Below are positions 57,703 to 64,000 of a DNA stretch of 64,000 nt, in pieces. The first letter of the stretch is position 1, and each line of letters opens with the position of its first letter. The translations under genes were made by a program, and so were the position numbers. The DNA lies in NCBI RefSeq assembly GCF_006345805.1, contig NC_043025.1:4650001-4714000 (forward strand), in the 5' to 3' direction. Below the pieces are notes generated by a model. The model was not told where the DNA came from, did not search any database, and worked only from the letters and a program-made list of their open reading frames with translations. The stretch is from Octopus sinensis. Taxonomy: Eukaryota.

Positions 57703-58574
57703 AACGAATAGAAATGGTACGAAGACATAGATATTTGGCAGGAATAGTTTTCAGCCTTTCAAAAGTTTGGGAAAGGTTAATTCAGTCTTCACAGGAAACA
57801 TTGAACCAGTAAATTTATGTTAAACGACTGTTGATGAACAGAAAGAGAAAGAGAGAGAGAGAGAGATTACGATCGAACTTTGATGTCGATTTTTGAAGAT
57901 CAGCTGCCAAGACCACCTGTGGATAATAATATATATATATATATGTGTGTGTGTGTGTTGTATTTGTTTCAGTCATTGGACTGCGCAGGTGCTAGGGTAC
58001 CGCTTTAAAGGGGTTTTAGTCGAATAAATCAACCCCAGTTCTTTTGGGGTTTTTTTTTTACCAAGTGTGGTACTTATTTTGAGTCGACATCTTTTTGCCT
58101 GACGGGTATGTTTTAGGGACGTAAACAAACCAAGCGAACACCGGTTGTGAAGTGTTGGGGGTTTCAGCAACCATACATACATACATGTGTGTGTGTGTGT
58201 CTGTGTATATATATGTATGTATGTATATATGTATGTATGTATGTATATATGTATGTATATATGTATGTATGTATGTATATATGTATGTATGTATATATGT
58301 ATACATATATGTATGTATGTATATATGTATGTATGTATAAATGTATGTATATATGTATATGTATGTATATATGTATATGTATGTATATATGTATATGTAT
58401 GTATATATGTATATGTATGTATATAGGTATGTATGTATGTATGTATGTATATATGTATGTATATATGTATGTATGTATGTATATATGTATGTATGGATAT
58501 GTAATGTATGTATGGATGTATATATGTATGTATGTTATATGTGGTATGTATGTATTAATATGTATGTATATATG

Positions 58575-58627
<53 letters not shown>

Positions 58628-59156
58628 ACACTTCAGGAGAGGGAAGAATCTGTATAGATATTTAACTTGTATAAATAAATACCCTTATAGATATGGAGAC
58701 CTGTGTCGATGTTTTATCAAATTGTAATAACACTGAATAAAAATATTTATACAGATTTTTCCTTTGCTGGTGTGTGTATACATTATTTTATTTTTTGGCG
58801 GACTCTATATATGTACGTATGTGTGTATATGTACGTGTGTATATATGTATGTATATATATACTCTTTACTCTTTTACTTGTTTCAGTCATTTGACTGTGG
58901 CCATGCTGGAGCACCGCCTTTAGTCGAACAAATCGACCCCGGGACTTATTCTTTTGTAAGCCTAGTACTTCTTCTATCGGTCTCTTTTTGCCGAATCGCT
59001 AAGTGACGGGGACATATATATATATATATAATTAGAATTGAGAAACGTAGAGATATTAAATAAGAACGTCTTCCGTGTTGGCATCCAAAGAATTTTTTTT
59101 AACCTAATATTTAGTTATTATTTAGAGCTATATCTATAATACACCATTAAAAACAA

Positions 59157-59193
<37 letters not shown>

Positions 59194-59825
59194 TATAGAG
59201 AGAGAGAGAGGAGAGAGAGGAGAGAGAGAGAGAGAGAGAGAGTATAGTGTCTGTCCTTTTTGAGGTGTGAGATATCTGGCCGTTATTTCTAGCTAGTGGA
59301 GTGACCTGGTAGAGGCCCTGACCAAATTGGTCTCTCGTCCATCGACACGTATGCACATCCAGCAACATCTATGCACAAATACAGAGATTTGCAAGCATAC
59401 ACGCACCTAAATTTATATATAATCGATACGTGCACTTCCTTTGTCCTAGGAAACACCTTCCAATGGAAGGTACAGGTGCCGCTGGTCAGGAGATCAATCA
59501 GCAGCCAGCATCCACTCTGAGTGTTCTTCGGATGCTGTTATTGAACCTGTGGGATAAACGGGGATCTTTTCGGTTTGAACGGCAGTTTTTAACATAATTT
59601 CCATGTAACTAAACACTTTTAAACTTCGTATACTGGTAGAATGTGTTTATAAAAACGTCTTTTTCTCTTGGCTTTATTGAGAAAATTCTATAGTTTGTAA
59701 GATATTTGTTGTTTTTTTTCTTCAATTCCTGCAATTTCAACCTTTTATATCTGTCTATCTATCTGTCTATCTATCTGTCTATCTATCTATCTGTCTATCT
59801 ATCTATCTATCTATCTTCTATCTAC

Positions 59826-59858
<33 letters not shown>

Positions 59859-60321
59859 ACTATCTATCTATCTTCTATCTACTATCTATATCTATCTATC
59901 TATATATATATATATATAGATATATCTTTTAACCCACTACCTTTTACTTGTTTCAGTCATTTGACTGCGCCATGCTGGAGCACTGCATTTAGTCGAGCAA
60001 ATCGACCCTGGGACTTATTCTTTGTAAGCCCAGTACTTATTCTATCGGTCTCTTTTGCCGAACCGCTAAGTGTCGGGGACGTAAACACACCAGCATCTGT
60101 TGTCAAGCAATGCTAGAGGGAACAACACACACACACCATACATATATATATATTATATACATATATACGACAGGCTTCTTTCAGTTTCCGTCTACCAAAT
60201 CCCTCACAAGGCATTGGTCGGCCCGGGGCTATAGCAGAGAAGACACTTGCCCAAGATGCCACTCAGTGGACTGAACCAGAACATGTGGTTGGTTAGCAAG
60301 CTACATACCACACAGCAACTC

Positions 60322-60369
<48 letters not shown>

Positions 60370-61130
60370 CACACACACACACACACAACTTTCTTTCCTG
60401 GGGTAAGGCCGGTTATGTGTGTGGTGTGAACGAATAGAAATGGTTGAAGACACAGATATTTGGCAGGAAAATTTAAGCTTGTCAAAAGTTTGGGAAAGGT
60501 TAATTTAGTCTTCACAGGAAACATTCAACCAGTAAATTTGTTAAACTTGCTAGAAATAACAGCCAGATATCTCTCACCCCCCAAAAGCTCAGACACTATA
60601 CAATATATATATATATATCTCTTTTACTTGTTTCAGTCATTTGACTGTGGCCATGCTGGAGCACCGACTTTAGTCGAGCAAATCGACCCCAGGACTTATT
60701 CTTTGTAAGCCCAGTACTTATTCTATCGGTCTCATTTGCCGAACCGCTAAGTGTCGGGGACGTAAACACACCAGCATCGGTTGTCAAGCAATGCTAGGAG
60801 GACAAACACATACACACACATACATATATATATATACATATATACGACAGGCTTCTTTCAGTTTCCGTCTACCAAATCCACTCACAAGGCTTTGGTAGGC
60901 CCGGTGCTATAGCAGAAGACACTTGCCCAAGATGCCACGCAGTGGGACTGAACCCGGAACCATGTGGTTGGTGAACAAGCTACTTACCACACAGCCACTC
61001 CTGCACCTATATAAAATCATTTTTAACGGTGAGGCATAGATTAAAGTTACATATCTGTCAAGAATGTTGCCCATCAGGCATTCGTGGCATTGCACAGACT
61101 GGCCATTGTGGTCTCTGCGATATCTTTATT

Positions 61131-61730
61131 AAGGCGGCGAGCTGGCAGAAACGTTAGCACGCCAGGCGAAACGCGTAGCTGTATTTCGTCTGTCGTTACG
61201 TTCCGAGTTCAAATTCCGCCGAGGTCGACTTTGCCTTTCATTCTTTCGAGGTCGATAAATTAAGTACCAGTTACGCACTGGGGTTGATGTAATCGACTTA
61301 AACCGTTTGTCTGTCCTTGTTTGTCCCCTCTGTGTTTAGCCCCTTGTGGGTAGTAAAGAAATAGGTATTTCATCTGTTTTTACGTTCTGAGTTCAAATTC
61401 CGCCGAGGTCGACTGTCTTGCATCCTTTCGAGGTCGATAAATTAAGTACCAGTTACGCACTGGGGTCGATGTAATCGACTTAATCCCTTTGTCTATCCTT
61501 GTTTGTTCCCTCTGTGTTTAGCCCCTTATGGGTAGTAAAGAAATAGGTATTTCGTCTGTTTTTTACGTTCTGAGTTCAAATTCTACCATGGTCGACTTTG
61601 CCTTTCATCCTTTCGAGGTCGAAAAATTAAGTACCAGTTACGCACTGGGTCGATGTAATCGACTTAAACCGTGTGTCTGTCCTTGTTTGTCCCCTCTGTG
61701 TTTAGCCCCTTGTGGGTAGTAAAGAAATAG
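61131..61730 (+). mobile_element. SINE family M trimer
   Basis: Head plus three ~182-bp units; 12-bp TSD GATATCTTTATT at 61119-61130 and 61730-61741. Confidence 0.9.
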
Positions 61731-62926
61731 ATATCTTTATTTGCATTGTATAGAGAACTAAGGGTACAAGCGATGATAGCTGAGGAACACTTCTGTGTGT
61801 CTTCGAGAATAACAAGAATAGACTCAAAGACTTTCAGGTGTGTGTGTGTAGGGGAAAGAGTGCTACAGGTGGGGGTTGATGGAGGGGCAGTTGGAGATAA
61901 ACATCACAGGTGCGGCAGTGGCAGGTAGGCCTGTTAGCGATGCATGTGGAACGAGGGAACTAGTGTTTAAACATGGAGCGGTAAAGTTACATCAAGAACC
62001 TATTATTCCATACAGCAGGAGTGAAGGCACGTGGTCTGGTGGTTAGAGTATTCAGCTCGCGATCATAAGTGTATGAGTTCAATACCTGACAGCACATTGT
62101 GTCCTTGAGCAAGACACTTTATTTATCGTTGATCCAATCTGCTCAGCTGGCAAAAGTGAGGTGTGCCTGTAATTCAAAGGGCCAGCCTCGTCACATTCTG
62201 AGTCACGCTGAAGCTCCCTCAGAATTACATTAACGGTGTGTCTGTGGAATACTCAGCCACTTGCATTTAACTTCACGAGCAGGTTGTTCCTTTGATCAGA
62301 TTGACTGGAAACACTCGTCATTGCAACAGATGGAGTGCCAGTTTATGTGTGTATGTATATATATATATATATATCATGTGATCATGTGACCGACCAGGCC
62401 TTCAGATGTTGCTACACATCGCTAGTCACAATGCGCTTCGCATTGTTTTAGCCTTCAAATGAAGCCACCCCACTGGCTAAGCGAGCAGGCCAACAGAAGA
62501 AAGAGTGAGAGAAAATTGTGGCGAAAGAGTACAGCAGGGATCACCACCACCCCCTGATGGAGCCTCGGGGAGCTTTAGGTGTTTTCGCTCAATAAACACT
62601 CACAACGCCCGGTCTGGGAATTGAAACTGCTATCCTACGACTGCGAGTCCGCTGCCTTAAGATACAGAAATAAATTTTTTTATTCTCAAACGCATGATAA
62701 TGCTAATAAATAGCGTGATCAGGATAAATTATCCATTCATTGCAGAAAAATACATTACCTGCCACTCAGGAGACTTGAACTCACATCCCTGCCCAATAAC
62801 GAATTCTTCTGCAATTTTAGAACTTATAAATTTAGCTTCATAAGATGCTAACATTAACTTCAACTTACTATGAAAATAAACAAAGTTTCCTTTAGAAGCA
62901 TTGAGAAGTATTGAAAGATACAGAAA

Positions 62927-63480
62927 TCATCATCATCATTTAACGTCCTCTTTCTATGCTAGCATGGGTTGGACGATTTTGACTGAGGGGTGGTGAGCCA
63001 GATGGCTGCACCAGACTCCAATCTTGATCTGGCAGAGTTTCTACAGCTGGATGCCCTTCCTAATGCCAACCACTCCGAGAGTGTAGTGGGTGCTTTTTAT
63101 GTGCCACCGACACGGGGGCCAGTCAGGCGGTACTGGCAACGATCTTGCTCGAATCTTTTTACACGTGCCACCGGCACAGGTGCCTGTGAAGTGACGTTGG
63201 TAACAATTTTACGATCACGCTCGGATGGTGTTCTTGGCACCCCGCTAGCACAGATGCCAGTCATCGAATTGATTTTGATTTCCCTTGCCTCAACAGGTCT
63301 TTGCAAGCAGAGTTTAGTGACCAAAGAAGGGAAAGGTACACATAAGCGGGCTGGTTACGCTCCTGGCATAGGCCACAGGTTATGGTCTCATTTGGCTTGC
63401 CGGGTCTTCTCGAGCACAGCATATTTCCAAAAGTCTCGGTCGCTAGTCATTTCCTTGGTGAGGCCTAAAGTTCGAAGGTT
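62927..63480 (-). mobile_element. RTE-clade LINE 3' end (last ORF2 codons, ~500-nt 3' UTR, (GAT)n tail)
   Basis: Minus strand reads NLRTLGLTKEMTSDRDFWKYAVLEKTRQAK*, then UTR ending CGTTAAATGATGATG. The same UTR occurs 5'-truncated at about 6170-6500, 16700-17075, 17580-18330, 24280-24580, 25150-25345(+), 35280-35680, 39300-40530, 51480-51900. Confidence 0.8.
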
Positions 63481-63938
63481 GTGCTTAATAAATAACATGA
63501 TCAGAGTAAATTATCCATACATTGCAGAAAAATACGTTACCGGCCAGCCATGAGTCTTGAACTCACATCCCTGTACGTTACAAACAAGATAGTGATAGAT
63601 TTACGGACAAAGAATTGCCATAAGAACAGCAAAAATACTGGGTAAATTACCCTTACAAGGTGGACACGTGCCCAAGGTGCTACGCAGTGGGACTGAACCT
63701 TCTTACCACACAACCATACCTGAGCAGGCAGTTCCGTTGATTAGATGAACTGGAACACTTGCCATCATAATTGGTGGAGGGCCCAGCCCATGTGGCAGGG
63801 GTCTCCAGCCCCCAGGCTTTGGATCAGTAATGAGCTGTGGATTATCTGGTACCAGGCCATGCAGAGAGAACAAATTTTTAAATTCTGTTTCTATTTTGAT
63901 GATTGCAGCCTGCAGGATGATTTTGCTTTATACATACA

Positions 63939-64000
63939 CTAGCAGTATCGCCCGGCATTGCTCGGGTTTGTAAGGGAAATAACTATATAAGCATTTTTAG
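63939..64000 (-). mobile_element. 3' end of a Helitron running off the window
   Basis: Reverse complement matches ..TATAGTTATTTCCCTTACAAACCCGAGCAATGCCGGGCGATACTGCTAG. Confidence 0.7.

Noticed and set aside
61745-62020. Possible decayed LINE 3' end on the minus strand
   Set aside because: Only a vague resemblance with stops and frameshifts; cannot be assigned without a database search.
62697-63575. Two ~90-bp related segments with a B-box-like GAGTTCAAG on the minus strand followed by a T-run
   Set aside because: No A-box or cloverleaf 5' half; insufficient for a tRNA or Pol III gene call.

Overview
Repeat-dense eukaryotic genomic DNA, most likely from a coleoid cephalopod (Octopus-like). 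That assignment is inferred from the tRNA-derived SINE families, RTE/CR1 LINE fragments and very abundant microsatellites. The only protein-coding gene I can support is CYLD (K63/M1 deubiquitinase) on the + strand. Its last 13 coding exons (2106-31979) splice in frame through GT-AG introns into 680 aa plus stop, covering two CAP-Gly domains, a linker with a PxQxS TRAF-type motif, and the USP domain with its B-box and intact Cys/His/Asp residues. The 5' exons lie upstream of the window. Introns and the region from about 32 kb to 64 kb are mostly SINEs, LINE 3' ends, non-autonomous Helitrons, MITEs and VNTRs; almost all ORFs in the supplied track are repeat artefacts. Most notable: (1) a near-perfect 175-bp fold-back in a CYLD intron whose turn is a minimal type I hammerhead-ribozyme-like core; (2) a second fold-back carrying a hammerhead-like motif; (3) a SINE that occurs as head-plus-n-body concatemers (up to 10 units) with the same junction at several loci and single flanking TSDs; (4) Helitrons nested in SINE-associated (TA)n tracts.
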